Positions 1 through 9,519 are shown, counted from the stretch's first letter. The stretch: DNA of 32,000 nucleotides from Thermosulfurimonas dismutans (GCF_001652585.1 NZ_LWLG01000015.1:1-32000); one strand, 5' to 3'. Numbers and translations are program-made. The notes: generated from the sequence alone by a model not told the origin.

Positions 1-1
1 T

Positions 2-271
2 AGCGCTCGCAAGAGAGAAAAAGTTAGGACAAACGTTTATATTGGACGTACTGCTAAAGAAAAGGCCCAAAGGATCCTAAACCGGTATGGTATAAGTCTT
101 TCTGAAGCGGTCAACCTGTTTCTTGCAGTAATAGCCGAAACCGGAACCCTTCCCTTTGAATTTCGGATTCCGAATCAGACTACACGGCGTGTTATGAAAG
201 AAATCCTTGTTGGAGAGAACGTGGAAGAGACATCTATTGAGGATCTAGTGCGTGAAGCTAAAAAGGCATAA
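2..271 (+). CDS. RelB/DinJ-family type II antitoxin (5' end cut by window edge)
   Basis: Frame 2 is open from the window edge to TAA at 269-271. My translation is ...VRTNVYIGRTAKEKAQRILNRYGISLSEAVNLFLAVIAETGTLPFEFRIPNQTTRRVMKEILVGENVEETSIEDLVREAKKA. It fits the DinJ/RelB pattern: a beta-strand, then GLS.SEA..lFL..v, then lPF....PN..T. It is absent from the ORF track because it has no start in the window. Confidence 0.75.
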   Translation, partial: SARKREKVRTNVYIGRTAKEKAQRILNRYGISLSEAVNLFLAVIAETGTLPFEFRIPNQTTRRVMKEILVGENVEETSIEDLVREAKKA

Positions 272-433
272 GCAGTTCGTTAAGGATTTTCGCAAAATTC
301 GGCTGACTGACCAACAATTCCGGAAGTTTATTAGATATCTAAATTTTCCCCAATAGGCATCTATGAAGACGGCGCAAACCAATCGGGTTTAAAGGGTTGT
401 ATAGGGGGGCAGGTCCTTGCCAATCGGGGCTAA
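252..433 (+). pseudogene. YafQ/RelE-family toxin remnant, frameshifted and truncated
   Basis: A GTG at 252 overlaps the antitoxin 3' end and opens a frame-3 reading, (M)KLKRHKQFVKDFRKIRLTDQQFRKFIRYLNFPQ*, with its stop at 354-356. The N-terminal Q-F-x-K-D-F-x-K motif is typical of YafQ-type toxins. After the T4C4 run at 344-351, frame 2 continues as PIGIYEDGANQSGLKGCIGGQVLANRG* (350-433). This loosely matches the YafQ core P..Y.DH.L.G..KG, but the catalytic C-terminal half is missing. Confidence 0.5.
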
Positions 434-473
434 AAAGCTTAACTTTTTTATAGTTTAAGGGCTTGAGGGGGAA

Positions 474-561
474 GTCTGGGGGGCGAAACAGGTAGACGCT
501 GGGGACTTAAGATCCTTTGGGGTAACCCCCCGTGCCGGTTCGAGTCTGGCCCCGGGCACCA
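474..561 (+). tRNA. tRNA-Leu (anticodon UAA), class II, CCA encoded; atypical G8 and two G-U acceptor pairs, possibly a pseudo or duplicated copy
   Basis: I folded the cloverleaf by hand. The acceptor is gtctggg (474-480) paired with cccgggc (551-557). The D arm is gcg-aaacaggtaga-cgc. The anticodon stem gggga/tcctt carries the loop CTTAAGA, giving anticodon TAA at 508-510. The long variable arm is gggg-taa-cccc. The T arm is gccgg-ttcgagt-ctggc (534-550), followed by discriminator A and CCA (559-561). Position 8 is G instead of the near-invariant U. Confidence 0.7.
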
Positions 562-578
562 AATCGAGAGGTAAGGCC

Positions 579-857
579 ATGCTTAATAAAAAAGCCAAAG
601 GCAAAAGATGTTGGGTTACTTTTTCTTTGAGGACTGATGGCGAAGAAGCTTATTTAGTCGGCGAGTGGAATAACTGGCAGCCCGAGAAGATGAGACGTCG
701 AAAAGATGGAACCTTCTGGCTCACCAAGCAATTTGAAGCCGGAAAGAGCTATCGCTTCCGCTACCTTGTTGACGGCCACCAGTGGTTTAATGATTTTGAG
801 GCCGACGGTTACTGTCCCAATCCCTATGGAAGCGAAGACTGTATCGTAAGGACTTAA
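579..857 (+). CDS. Stand-alone CBM48 / AMPK-beta-like glycogen-binding (E-set) domain protein, 92 aa
   Basis: The sequence VTFSLRTDGEEAYLVGEWNNWQPEKM...DGTFWLTKQFEAGKSYRFRYLVDGHQWFNDFEAD matches the CBM48 signature G.FN.W....M...dG.f...l..G.Y.ykf.vDG.W..D. An RBS (gagagg) lies upstream of the ATG. Confidence 0.8.
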   Translation: MLNKKAKGKRCWVTFSLRTDGEEAYLVGEWNNWQPEKMRRRKDGTFWLTKQFEAGKSYRFRYLVDGHQWFNDFEADGYCPNPYGSEDCIVRT

Positions 858-2332
858 GGACTTCGTCCAAAAACGCAGGCAAGTTCGTAAAGTTCTGAGG
901 AAAGTTCGGGGCTTAAGGCTTCGGCCCTAAGTCGCCACTCCCAGTTTCCCTCCCTCCTAGAGGGGGTATTTATGCGGGCCTCCTCCCCGAGTCCGAGGAG
1001 GTCTTGGATAGGGATGATAGCCGCTTTGGCCGGAGAGGCGTAAGCCAGACGGACCATTTCTTTAGAAACGATCTCGGCCGTAAGACTTTTGCCCACATAG
1101 GTATCAAGCCTTCTTCTGGCCTCGGGATTGAGTTCCCTTTCAAACCAGCCTTTCACGGTATTAGTGTCGTGGGTCCCGGTATAGACGAAGGCCTCTTTTT
1201 CGTGATTATGAGGAAGATAGGGGCTATCCTCTTCAAAGAAGGCAAAGACCAAAACCTTCATGCCCGGAATACCGAAAAGTTTCCTAATCTCACGCACATC
1301 CGAGGTAATGTAACCCAGATCCTCGGCAAGAAGGGATGGGTTTAGAAGGCGTCGGAATACGGCTTCAAAAAACTTTTGGGCCGGGGCCTCAACCCAGTGC
1401 CCATTTACAGCCGTCTTCTCTCCGGCCGGAACCTCCCAATAGGCCACAAAGCCCCTAAAGTGGTCAAGTCTAAGAATATCAAAGAGTTTTAAATTGTGAG
1501 CTAGCCTTTTAAGCCACCAGGAAAAACCCTGGGCCTCAAGAACCTCCCAATTATAGACCGGATTTCCCCAAAGCTGACCGGTGCGGCTGAAATAGTCCGG
1601 AGGTACACCGGCCACAACTGCCGGTCTTAGATTTTCGTCTAGTTTAAAGACCTTCGGGTTACTCCAGACCTCTACACTTTCGTAGCCCGGATAAAAGGGG
1701 AGGTCCCCTACGATGAAAATTCCCCGCTCATTGGCATAGCTTTTAAGTACAAACCATTGTTTGAAAAAGAGATATTGCTCGAACTTGACTTCTTCTATCC
1801 GTTCGCGGTAGGCCTTTTTAAGTCCTGCCAGGATTTCGGGATCTCGATGTCTTACGGATTCCTCCCATTCCGGCCAGGGTCGGCCGCTTTCTTCCTCCAA
1901 TACGGTATAGAGGGCGTAGTCTTCAAGCCAGTCTCTTTCCCGTTCGTAAAAGGCCTCAAACTCGTGATCAGGTTTAAATCGCTCCCAGGCTTTGCGAAGT
2001 AAGACTCTTTTATAGGCCATCACTCGGGGATAATTCACCCGATCTTCGGGAAAATTTGGGGGCGCAAGGTCTTCTTTGGGTAAAAGGCCTTCTTCATAGA
2101 GTTTTTCTGGGCTTATGAGAAGAGGGTTTCCGGCAAAAAGGGAGAAGGAAAGGTAGGGGGAGTTTCCGTAGCGGGGACGAGTGGGATTTAAGGGAAGGAT
2201 TTGCCAGAGGCTCTGTCCGGCCGCCTTTAAGAAATCCACGAAACGGAAGGCCTCGGGACCAAAATCACCGACGCCGTAAGGAGAGGGTAGGGCACTTATC
2301 GGAAGAAGTATACCAGCCCTCCTAATTTTCAC
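854..2332 (-). CDS. malQ: 4-alpha-glucanotransferase (amylomaltase, GH77)
   Basis: The N-terminus [48 protein letters not shown], together with [17 protein letters not shown] and THDTNT, are canonical GH77 MalQ regions. The start overlaps the glgB stop by 4 nt. Confidence 0.93.
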   Translation of the reverse strand: MKIRRAGILLPISALPSPYGVGDFGPEAFRFVDFLKAAGQSLWQILPLNPTRPRYGNSPYLSFSLFAGNPLLISPEKLYEEGLLPKEDLAPPNFPEDRVNYPRVMAYKRVLLRKAWERFKPDHEFEAFYERERDWLEDYALYTVLEEESGRPWPEWEESVRHRDPEILAGLKKAYRERIEEVKFEQYLFFKQWFVLKSYANERGIFIVGDLPFYPGYESVEVWSNPKVFKLDENLRPAVVAGVPPDYFSRTGQLWGNPVYNWEVLEAQGFSWWLKRLAHNLKLFDILRLDHFRGFVAYWEVPAGEKTAVNGHWVEAPAQKFFEAVFRRLLNPSLLAEDLGYITSDVREIRKLFGIPGMKVLVFAFFEEDSPYLPHNHEKEAFVYTGTHDTNTVKGWFERELNPEARRRLDTYVGKSLTAEIVSKEMVRLAYASPAKAAIIPIQDLLGLGEEARINTPSRREGNWEWRLRAEALSPELSSELYELACVFGRSP

Positions 2333-4251
2333 GCGCCCTCCCAGCGAAAATAAAGCACTCCAAGGGGCGGAAGGGTAAGATTTAGGGAATAGGGACGGCC
2401 GTGAAAGGGTACGGCTTCGGCCTTTTGGCCACCAAAGTTTCCGTGGCCTGAGCCCCCGTACTCGGCAGCGTCGGTATTTAGGATCTCCCGATAGAAACCA
2501 GGCCTCGGAACCCCGATTCGGTATTCATACCGGGGAACCGGAGTGAAATTACAGACGATCACCAAGAGGTTTTCTCCGGAGCTATCCTTCCGCAAAAAGG
2601 AAACGATGCTCTTTTCCCAGTCGTGAAAATCGATCCATTCGAACCCTTCGTGAGAGAAATCCAGTTCATAAAGGGCCGGATTCTGACGGACGATACGATT
2701 TAGATCCCGGACGAGAAGCTGGACCCCCTGGTGTTCAGGATATTCCAGGAGATGCCAGTCGAGGCTTTCTTCGTGATTCCACTCCCGCCATTGCCCCCAT
2801 TCCCCACCCATAAACAGCAGTTTTTTCCCGGGATGAGCCCACATGTAGCCGAAAAGGGCCCTCAGGTTGGCAAACTTCTGCCAGGGGTCTCCCGGCATTT
2901 TGGAAAGAAGCGAACCCTTGCCGTGGACTACTTCGTCGTGGGATAGAGGAAGTATAAAGTTTTCAGAGAAGGCATACCAGATGCTAAAAGTTAGTTGGTC
3001 GTGGTGATATTTCCGATAGATGGGATCCTTTGAAAAGTAAGAGAGGGCATCGTTCATCCACCCCATGTTCCATTTCATGCCGAACCCAAGGCCCCCCACA
3101 TAGGTGGGGTTGGTAACCAGTGGCCAGGCCGTTGATTCCTCGGCGATAGTCTGAATGCCTGGAAGAGCGGCGAAAAGGGAGGCGTTTAGTTGGCGTATGA
3201 AATCGATGGCCTCAAGATTTTCATTCCCGCCGTAAATATTGGGGACCCAGCCTCCGGGTGACCTGGAATAGTCCAGATAAAGCATGGAGGCTACGGCATC
3301 GATTCTTAAGGCATCGGCATGGTACTTTTCCAGCCAGAAAGTGGCCGAACTTAGGAGGAAACTTCGGACCTCTGGTTTTCCGTAATCGAAGATATAGCTC
3401 TGCCAGTCCGGATGAAACCTTTTGCGAAAGTCTTCGTATTCGTAAAGGTAAGTGCCGTCAAAAAAGGCTAAGCCGTGGGCGTCGGTGGGAAAATGGGAAG
3501 GCACCCAGTCAAGGATGACCCCGATACCTTCTCGGTGAAGGTAATCTATGAGATACATGAAGTCCTGAGGGCTGCCGTAACGGCTGGTAGGGGCAAAGTA
3601 TCCGGTAGTCTGATAGCCCCAGGAGCCGTAAAAGGGGTGTTCCATTACGGGGAGGAACTCCACATGGGTAAAGCCCATTTTCTTTACGTATTCAGCAAGT
3701 AAAGGAGCCAATTCCCGATAAGTAAGAAAGCGATGCCCATCCTCAGGAACCCTTCGCCAGGAGCCCAGGTGGACTTCATAGATGAGCCAGGGGGCGTCAA
3801 GGGCGTTTCTCTGGGGGCGAACCTTCATCCATTCTTCGTCCTGCCACTCGTAAGCTAGTTTCCAGACCATGGAGGCCGTTTTAGGAGGGGGTTCCCAGAA
3901 GAAGGCCAAAGGGTCTCCTTTTTCGAAATGGAAACCGTTTCGGGTGTGAAGATAGTACTTGTAAAGGCTTCCGGGTTTAACCTCCGGAATGAAACCCTCC
4001 CAGATACCGGAGCCGTCCTCCCTGAGTTTTAAAGGGTGCGCGCCTCGATCCCAGCCGTTAAAGTCTCCTATTACGGAGACATAGGTCGCGTTCGGGGCCC
4101 AGACCGCAAAGTAAACCCCTTCCTCGCCGTCCACTTCCACCGGATGAGCCCCCAGTTTTTCGTAGAGACGGCTGTGGGTGCCTTCCCGGAAAAGGTAAAT
4201 ATCCAGATCCGTTAGGCGGGAATAGTGATAGAGGACCCTTTTAGTGGTCAT
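2329..4251 (-). CDS. glgB: 1,4-alpha-glucan branching enzyme (GH13)
   Basis: GH13 conserved regions are present: [33 protein letters not shown] and [10 protein letters not shown]. There is also an N-terminal CBM48-like segment ([22 protein letters not shown]). Confidence 0.93.
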   Translation of the reverse strand: MTTKRVLYHYSRLTDLDIYLFREGTHSRLYEKLGAHPVEVDGEEGVYFAVWAPNATYVSVIGDFNGWDRGAHPLKLREDGSGIWEGFIPEVKPGSLYKYYLHTRNGFHFEKGDPLAFFWEPPPKTASMVWKLAYEWQDEEWMKVRPQRNALDAPWLIYEVHLGSWRRVPEDGHRFLTYRELAPLLAEYVKKMGFTHVEFLPVMEHPFYGSWGYQTTGYFAPTSRYGSPQDFMYLIDYLHREGIGVILDWVPSHFPTDAHGLAFFDGTYLYEYEDFRKRFHPDWQSYIFDYGKPEVRSFLLSSATFWLEKYHADALRIDAVASMLYLDYSRSPGGWVPNIYGGNENLEAIDFIRQLNASLFAALPGIQTIAEESTAWPLVTNPTYVGGLGFGMKWNMGWMNDALSYFSKDPIYRKYHHDQLTFSIWYAFSENFILPLSHDEVVHGKGSLLSKMPGDPWQKFANLRALFGYMWAHPGKKLLFMGGEWGQWREWNHEESLDWHLLEYPEHQGVQLLVRDLNRIVRQNPALYELDFSHEGFEWIDFHDWEKSIVSFLRKDSSGENLLVIVCNFTPVPRYEYRIGVPRPGFYREILNTDAAEYGGSGHGNFGGQKAEAVPFHGRPYSLNLTLPPLGVLYFRWEGA

Positions 4252-5660
4252 GTTTTTTCCCTTCGTGAAAGGAGCTTGCGGTAAAGCTGAAAGTAAGCCT
4301 TGGCCGATTTTTGCCAGGAGAAGTCAAGTTTCATGACCTTTTGGCGAAGTTTGAGAAAATAATTGCGATGTTGATAAAGATCCACCGCCCGTTTTACTCC
4401 GCACACGAAATCGATTTTGTCCGGGGCCTCAAAAAGGAGGCCGTAACCCTCGGGATAGGAGACGTCTACGACGGTATCCGCGAGCCCCCCGGTTTTCCTG
4501 GCCACTACCAGGGTTCCGTAGCGCATGGCTATGAGCTGGGTGATACCGCAGGGTTCGTAAAGAGAGGGCACTAAGATGAAATCTGAAGCCGCATAGACCT
4601 TATGAGACCAGGCCTCGTCGAAAACGATCTGGGCATATATGTTGGGGTAGCGATTATGAAGCCCTTCAAAGTGAGGTCGATATTCCCCCTCGCCTAAGAA
4701 GATGAAAAAGGCGTTTAAATGGGAGAGGTTTTCTAAAGAATCTAGGATTATTTCTACCCCCTTTTGTTTGGAGAGCCGATTTATAAAGCACATAAGGGGT
4801 TTTTCGTAAAAAAAGTCCGCTATCCCCAGTTCTTTAAGCATGGCCTGCTTGTTTTCCTCTTTGGCGGAAGGAGATTCTGCGGAATAGGGCACATAAACGT
4901 GGGGATCGGTTTCGGGATTCCAAAGTTCGTAATCGATACCGTTTAGGATGCCGTGAAGTTTGTGGCGATATTTGTAAAGTATGCCCTCAAGACCGTAAGC
5001 ATATTCATAAGTAAGGATTTCTCTAGCGTAAGTCTGACTTACGGTGGTGACGGCGTCGCTAAAGATGATGGCCCCCTTCATGAGGTTTATCTTCCCCCAG
5101 TATTCTAGGGCCTCGATATGATAAAGGGACCAGGGGAGATGAAGACGCCGGATGGTATCTTTCTCAAAAAGGCCCTGAAAAGCGAGGTTATGGATGGTAA
5201 AAATCACCTTTTGAGGAAAACGATAGATTTCGTGATGAAGAACCGGATAAAGGGCGGTTGGCCAGTCATTAGCGTGAATGAGGTCCGGTTTAAATAGGCC
5301 TTTCTCTATGGCCTTGGCTACCGCCCAACAAAAGCCTCCAAAACGAAGGTCATTATCCGGATAGCTTTCCCCGGGCGGGCCATAGATGTATTTCCGGTCA
5401 AAGAGTTCGGCATTGTGAAAGAAGAAGTACTTCTCTTTTCGATACAACCTAAAGGGATAGAGGCGGCCGGCGAGTTTTACCGGGAGCTCTTCTCCAACCG
5501 GTTTAAGGCCCTCTAGCTTTACCGTGGGATAAAGGGGCATGACCGGAAGGACTTCCACACCCAGACGCTCAAGGGCTTTCGGGAGGGAGTAAGCTACATC
5601 TCCAAGCCCTCCGGTTTTGGCAAAGGGGAAGATCTCGCTTGAGAGATAAAGCACTCTCAC
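4248..5660 (-). CDS. glgA: Glycogen synthase (GT5, ADP-glucose type)
   Basis: The N-terminal [15 protein letters not shown] (KTGGL motif) and C-terminal EPCGITQL...[11 protein letters not shown] are hallmark GlgA motifs. The gene has 4-nt overlaps with both neighbours. Confidence 0.93.
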   Translation of the reverse strand: MRVLYLSSEIFPFAKTGGLGDVAYSLPKALERLGVEVLPVMPLYPTVKLEGLKPVGEELPVKLAGRLYPFRLYRKEKYFFFHNAELFDRKYIYGPPGESYPDNDLRFGGFCWAVAKAIEKGLFKPDLIHANDWPTALYPVLHHEIYRFPQKVIFTIHNLAFQGLFEKDTIRRLHLPWSLYHIEALEYWGKINLMKGAIIFSDAVTTVSQTYAREILTYEYAYGLEGILYKYRHKLHGILNGIDYELWNPETDPHVYVPYSAESPSAKEENKQAMLKELGIADFFYEKPLMCFINRLSKQKGVEIILDSLENLSHLNAFFIFLGEGEYRPHFEGLHNRYPNIYAQIVFDEAWSHKVYAASDFILVPSLYEPCGITQLIAMRYGTLVVARKTGGLADTVVDVSYPEGYGLLFEAPDKIDFVCGVKRAVDLYQHRNYFLKLRQKVMKLDFSWQKSAKAYFQLYRKLLSRREKT

Positions 5661-7204
5661 ACTTGGACCTCTTCGATGGGCCTTTTCAAATCCTCTGGAA
5701 TTTCTTCCCCTACTTCGGATAGGGCCTTCATTAGATTGTTTCGGAAAAGGAGGTCAAAACGGTCAAGAAAAGGTATTTTCAAGCCTTCTCCATACCACCA
5801 GAACCAGTCACTGCCTTGAGCACGGAGAAAGTACGTAAGCGCCCTCTCAAAAGCAGGATGATCTTTCCCTTCAGAAAGTATCCCATAGACCTCTGCCAGG
5901 GTCTCCCAGGCCTGATTTTTCTTTTCGGTTCCGAGCCATTTCCGAAAATTACCGTATATCCAGCTTCCGGCTTTAAGTCCGGAAAGGCGGCCTTCCAGAA
6001 GATCGTCCCTTGCAAGCACCTCCTCAAGGGTTAGGGTCTCCACCCAGGCCATATTTTCAAGCCGGGAATAGAGGGCGGTGAGAAAAGGATAGCCATTGTC
6101 TTCGTAGTATTCCCAGCAGTTTTCCCCATCAAGGATCACGGATACCAGGGGAGAATGATCTACCGCCTCATAAATCTCGCGGAGCCTTCTAACAAAGTCT
6201 TCCACGGCGGCTTCCGTCGACATCCCGTGATAGGTGAAACCGATGAGGTCACTTAGAATGCGATCCCGGAAAAGAAGAGTTATTTCACCCAAATGGTACT
6301 TGCGATAGATCTTTCGGCGATCCCCTTCCCCTAAAGTGTTTAAAAGCAGGGCCTCGTCGGTAGCCGCAAGCTTCAGGCCGTTTTCGGAAAGAAGATCAAG
6401 GGCGGCTTCACTCAGGGCTCCCTCCGCTGGCCATACAAATCTCGGGACCTCTCCCAAAGTTTCTGTATGTTTCTTTACGGCGGCCTCTACATGGATACGG
6501 GCCGTCTCTCCGAAGGGAGTTATCCGAGGGAGCATGACTTCAGGATCGGCTTCTTTAGACGCTTGCGGATCTATAAGGATGGGAAGAAGGGGATGGTAAT
6601 AAGGAGTGGTCGAAAGAGAAATCCTTTTTTCGGAAGAAAGCTCTCGATAGAAAGGAATAATAGTCTTGAGAAAGGCTCTAGTTTCCTCGATTAAGGAGAG
6701 TTTTTCGGCCTCTTCAAAGCCTTCTCCCTTTAAAAGAAGTTCCCTTACGAGAGGGCTTTTTTCCCTTAGGGCTCTTCCGCACCAGGAAAGAAGGTAAAGG
6801 ACCTGGAGATCCCGTAAATCCTCTCTGGAAAGTTTGGATATTTTCTCAAAAAGGGTTACCAGCCTGGGATAGGGTTTTACCATGCGTTCAAAGGGTAAAA
6901 GTTTTATTAGGACAGATAGAAAGCGGATATCTTCCTCGGTGAGTTCCCCTGGAGGTTTCTCCAGGGTCTCAAGAAGGAGACAGCGGGCCTTGCCGGAGGC
7001 ATAATCTTCAATTTGCTCTAGGAGGACGGGAACTAGGTTAAAGTTTGCTTTTATTTTTTCAAACCGAATTATATGCCAAGGCATTTCGTAGTAATCTTTT
7101 ACGGCATGAAGATAGGTCCAGGGCAAGAGGTATTTCCCGGAGAAAGGATCCCGGTAAAGGGGCTGGTGCATGTGCCACCAGAAAACAAGGTAGAGTTTTT
7201 TCAT
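5657..7204 (-). CDS. Glycoside hydrolase family 57 protein (alpha-glucan active; exact specificity not assignable)
   Basis: GH57 conserved regions are present: WHMHQP near the N-terminus, WPAEGALSE (nucleophile Glu region) and LAATDEALL (acid/base Asp region). Its ATG directly abuts the glgP stop (TAAATG on the minus strand at 7202-7207). Confidence 0.85.
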   Translation of the reverse strand: MKKLYLVFWWHMHQPLYRDPFSGKYLLPWTYLHAVKDYYEMPWHIIRFEKIKANFNLVPVLLEQIEDYASGKARCLLLETLEKPPGELTEEDIRFLSVLIKLLPFERMVKPYPRLVTLFEKISKLSREDLRDLQVLYLLSWCGRALREKSPLVRELLLKGEGFEEAEKLSLIEETRAFLKTIIPFYRELSSEKRISLSTTPYYHPLLPILIDPQASKEADPEVMLPRITPFGETARIHVEAAVKKHTETLGEVPRFVWPAEGALSEAALDLLSENGLKLAATDEALLLNTLGEGDRRKIYRKYHLGEITLLFRDRILSDLIGFTYHGMSTEAAVEDFVRRLREIYEAVDHSPLVSVILDGENCWEYYEDNGYPFLTALYSRLENMAWVETLTLEEVLARDDLLEGRLSGLKAGSWIYGNFRKWLGTEKKNQAWETLAEVYGILSEGKDHPAFERALTYFLRAQGSDWFWWYGEGLKIPFLDRFDLLFRNNLMKALSEVGEEIPEDLKRPIEEVQV

Positions 7205-9301
7205 TTATAGATTCCGTAACTCTTTTTCGGCTGCGTCTATACGAGTATAGAATTTTGAGATGTATTCCTTAAGCATCCTTCGGGCACAGAAGTGAGGGGC
7301 GATACTTTTTATGGCCTCTTTCATCTTCTTGACCCACTTGCGAGGAATACCGGTCTCGTCCCAGTAGTAGTAAAGAGGGATGACCTCATTTTCTAGGATC
7401 TCGTAAATGGCCTCCGCGTCCTTGGGATTGCGATCATCATCTACCTCGTAATCCCCGAAGGCCCAGCCATTTTTTCCGTTATAACCTTCGATCCACCAGC
7501 CGTCCATGATAGAAAGGTGAATAACACCGTTGATACCGGCCTTCATACCGCTTGTGCCGCAGGCCTCAAGCGGTGGAATGGGATTGTTTAGCCAGACATC
7601 TACCCCTTTGACCAGATAATAAGCCAGTTCCTGGTCGTAATCCTCTATGAAAGCGATCCTTCCGGCAAAATCGGGGTTGCGGGCAATGTTGATGATCTTC
7701 TGGATCATTTCTTTGCCTTCGTGATCCTGAGGATGGGCCTTTCCGGCAAAGATGATCTGAACCGGTCTTTCCGGATCTTTAAGGATTCTTTTTAACCGTT
7801 CGAGATCCTCAAAAATGAGAGTGGCCCTTTTGTAGCCTGTCATGCGTCGGGCAAAGCCGATGGTAAGAAAATCGTGGTCAAGAAAGGCCCCTTCGGCAAT
7901 TACCAGGGAGGAATCAAGATTTTTTTCAGTCCATCTCTTCCGGAGGCGCTCTTTTATGAGATGGCACAGTTCCTGTTTGTTTTTATAGTGGATTTCCCAA
8001 AATTTTTCATCCGGGATGAGATCAATGAGTTCCCAAAGGTTTTCGCTGTCGTGAACCTCAAGCCAGCGGCTGCCTAGATGGTCATTTAAAAGATTGCGAA
8101 GGTCTTCGTCTATCCAGGTGGGAAGGTGTACCCCGTTGGTGACATAATCGATGGGCACATCCTTGAGACTACGGTCGGACCAGAGAAAATGCCACTGCTT
8201 TTTGGCTACTTCCTGGTGCTTTTGGCTTACGGTGTTTGTATATTTGGAGAGCCTCATGGCCAAGATAGTAGAATTGAAACCCTCGGAGGGATTCTGGGAG
8301 TTGGTTCCCAAGTCCAAAAATTTCTCTTTGTCTATCCCGAATTTTTCCCAGAGAAAACGAAACTGATTTTCCACTATATGGAAGGGATAGGTGTTGATAG
8401 CCGATCTTAAGGGGGTGTGAGTGGTAAAAAGAGAGGTCTCTCGAACCTGTGAAACTGCGGAATCGAAATCTTCCCCTTCTTCAACGAACTGGATGAGACG
8501 GGCTACCAAGGCCAGGGCCGGATAATCTTCGTTAACATGGACGCCACAGATGTCTATACCCAACTTTTTGAGGAGAAACATTCCCCCAAAGCCTAAAACT
8601 ATCTGTTGCTTAAGACGCATTTCTTGGTCTGGAGTATATAATTGGTAGGAGATTTCCCGATGCCAGGGGGGATTTTCTTCTACATCGGTATCAAGAAGAT
8701 AGAGTTTTACCCGTCCTACTGAAACCTCCCAGACACCCGCGTAAACCAATTCGTCGAAACAATAACAATAGACTTTGAGCCAGTCCCCATTCTCGTAGAC
8801 CTTTTGGACCGGCATGTCTTCCTTCTTTATATGGTTCTGAAGATCTTCCTGCCAGCCATCTGCTTTTATTTTCTGACGCACATATCCCTGGGGATACATG
8901 AAACCGATGCCTACCATAGGAAGGTTAAGGTCGCTGGCTTCTTTTAAGATGTCTCCGGCAAGAAGCCCCAATCCTCCGGCGTAGATATAAAGGGTGTGAT
9001 GCAGCCCGTATTCTGGAGAAAAAAAGGCCATAGGTTTTCTAATTTTTTGGAAATAAGGGCCCGGAGTATCGAGATAACTTCTAAAAACCAGATATACATA
9101 TTCGACTTCGTTTAAAAACTCGCGGCGTTTAAGGATCTCATTCAGGCGATCTGTTCGCTGGAGGATCTTGATCGAGTTTTCTCTCAGTTCGTCCCAAAGG
9201 ATGGGATCGATCATGCGGAAGAGTTTTTTGCCTTCCGGATTCCAGGTCCACCAGAGGTTATACGCTAGCTCTTTGAGTTTATCGATATATTCGAGAGACA
9301 T
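7205..9301 (-). CDS. glgP: Alpha-glucan (glycogen/maltodextrin) phosphorylase, GT35, short alpha-glucan-family type
   Basis: The N-terminal LAYNLWWTWNPEGKKLFRMIDPILW (DUF3417-like), YVTNGVHLPTW and EACGTSGMKAGINGV (PLP lysine region) identify the family. I place the start at ATG 9301 because AGGAG lies 6 nt upstream. The track ORF extends to a TTG at 9322, which I consider unlikely to be the start. A weak candidate promoter, TTGCTC-17-AAAAAT, lies on the minus strand at 9326-9354. Confidence 0.9.
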   Translation of the reverse strand: MSLEYIDKLKELAYNLWWTWNPEGKKLFRMIDPILWDELRENSIKILQRTDRLNEILKRREFLNEVEYVYLVFRSYLDTPGPYFQKIRKPMAFFSPEYGLHHTLYIYAGGLGLLAGDILKEASDLNLPMVGIGFMYPQGYVRQKIKADGWQEDLQNHIKKEDMPVQKVYENGDWLKVYCYCFDELVYAGVWEVSVGRVKLYLLDTDVEENPPWHREISYQLYTPDQEMRLKQQIVLGFGGMFLLKKLGIDICGVHVNEDYPALALVARLIQFVEEGEDFDSAVSQVRETSLFTTHTPLRSAINTYPFHIVENQFRFLWEKFGIDKEKFLDLGTNSQNPSEGFNSTILAMRLSKYTNTVSQKHQEVAKKQWHFLWSDRSLKDVPIDYVTNGVHLPTWIDEDLRNLLNDHLGSRWLEVHDSENLWELIDLIPDEKFWEIHYKNKQELCHLIKERLRKRWTEKNLDSSLVIAEGAFLDHDFLTIGFARRMTGYKRATLIFEDLERLKRILKDPERPVQIIFAGKAHPQDHEGKEMIQKIINIARNPDFAGRIAFIEDYDQELAYYLVKGVDVWLNNPIPPLEACGTSGMKAGINGVIHLSIMDGWWIEGYNGKNGWAFGDYEVDDDRNPKDAEAIYEILENEVIPLYYYWDETGIPRKWVKKMKEAIKSIAPHFCARRMLKEYISKFYTRIDAAEKELRNL

Positions 9302-9386
9302 AGAATTCTCCTGATAATGCAAGCTATTTTTGAACTTACCCCAAAGATGAGCAAAAAGGAAGGGATAATTTAAATGAATTTAAGAA

Positions 9387-9481
9387 TGGCGGAGGGGGAG
9401 GGATTCGAACCCTCGGTGCGGGGTTATGCCCCGCACACGCGGTTTCCAGCCGCGCCCCTTCGGCCGCTCGGGCACCCCTCC
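9387..9481 (-). tRNA. tRNA-Ser (anticodon GGA), class II, CCA encoded
   Basis: The reverse complement reads GGAGGGGTGCCCGAGCGGCCGAAGGGGCGCGGCTGGAAACCGCGTGTGCGGGGCATAACCCCGCACCGAGGGTTCGAATCCCTCCCCCTCCGCCA. The 7-bp acceptor is perfect (GGAGGGG/CCCCTCC). The anticodon loop CTGGAAA gives GGA. There is a long variable arm and a GGTTCGAATCC T-loop. Confidence 0.95.
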
Positions 9482-9519
9482 ATTTTAGAGATCTATTCTA
9501 AAGCCTTTGGCTCTAAAAT
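9482..9519. repeat. Perfect 9-bp inverted repeat (ATTTTAGAG - 20 nt - CTCTAAAAT) abutting the tRNA-Ser 5' end, upstream of the RHH/MazF pair
   Basis: Read directly from the sequence: 9482-9490 is attttagag and 9511-9519 is ctctaaaat, its exact reverse complement. An AGATCT palindrome is nested at 9489-9494. Confidence 0.6.

Noticed and set aside
379-428. A 9-bp direct repeat, CCAATCGGG, at 379-387 and 420-428.
   Set aside because: It is short, occurs only twice, and lies within the decayed toxin region. Chance occurrence is plausible, and it has no flanking inverted-repeat or att-like context that I can see.
404-483. Four G-tracts (G6, G4, G5, G6) on the plus strand, considered as a possible G-quadruplex.
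   Set aside because: The loop lengths (16, 37 and 6 nt) are far beyond canonical G4 loops. The last tract is part of the tRNA-Leu acceptor/D region.
474-561. I considered whether the GGTTCGAGTC...CACCA element is the 3' end of a tmRNA rather than a tRNA.
   Set aside because: A complete class II cloverleaf with a UAA anticodon loop and a long variable arm fits within 88 nt. There is no tag-peptide reading frame or pseudoknot region upstream.
910-933. A hairpin with a UUCG tetraloop (ggcttaaggc-ttcg-gccctaagtc; 10 positions with one mismatch and one G-U) about 55 nt downstream of the CBM48 stop. I considered it as an intrinsic or bidirectional terminator.
   Set aside because: It lies inside the malQ coding sequence and is not followed by a U-tract on either strand. 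It may simply be coding sequence.
9302-9322. A TTG-initiated 7-codon extension of glgP.
   Set aside because: An AGGAG RBS lies within the extension, 6 nt upstream of ATG 9301, so 9301 is the more credible start.
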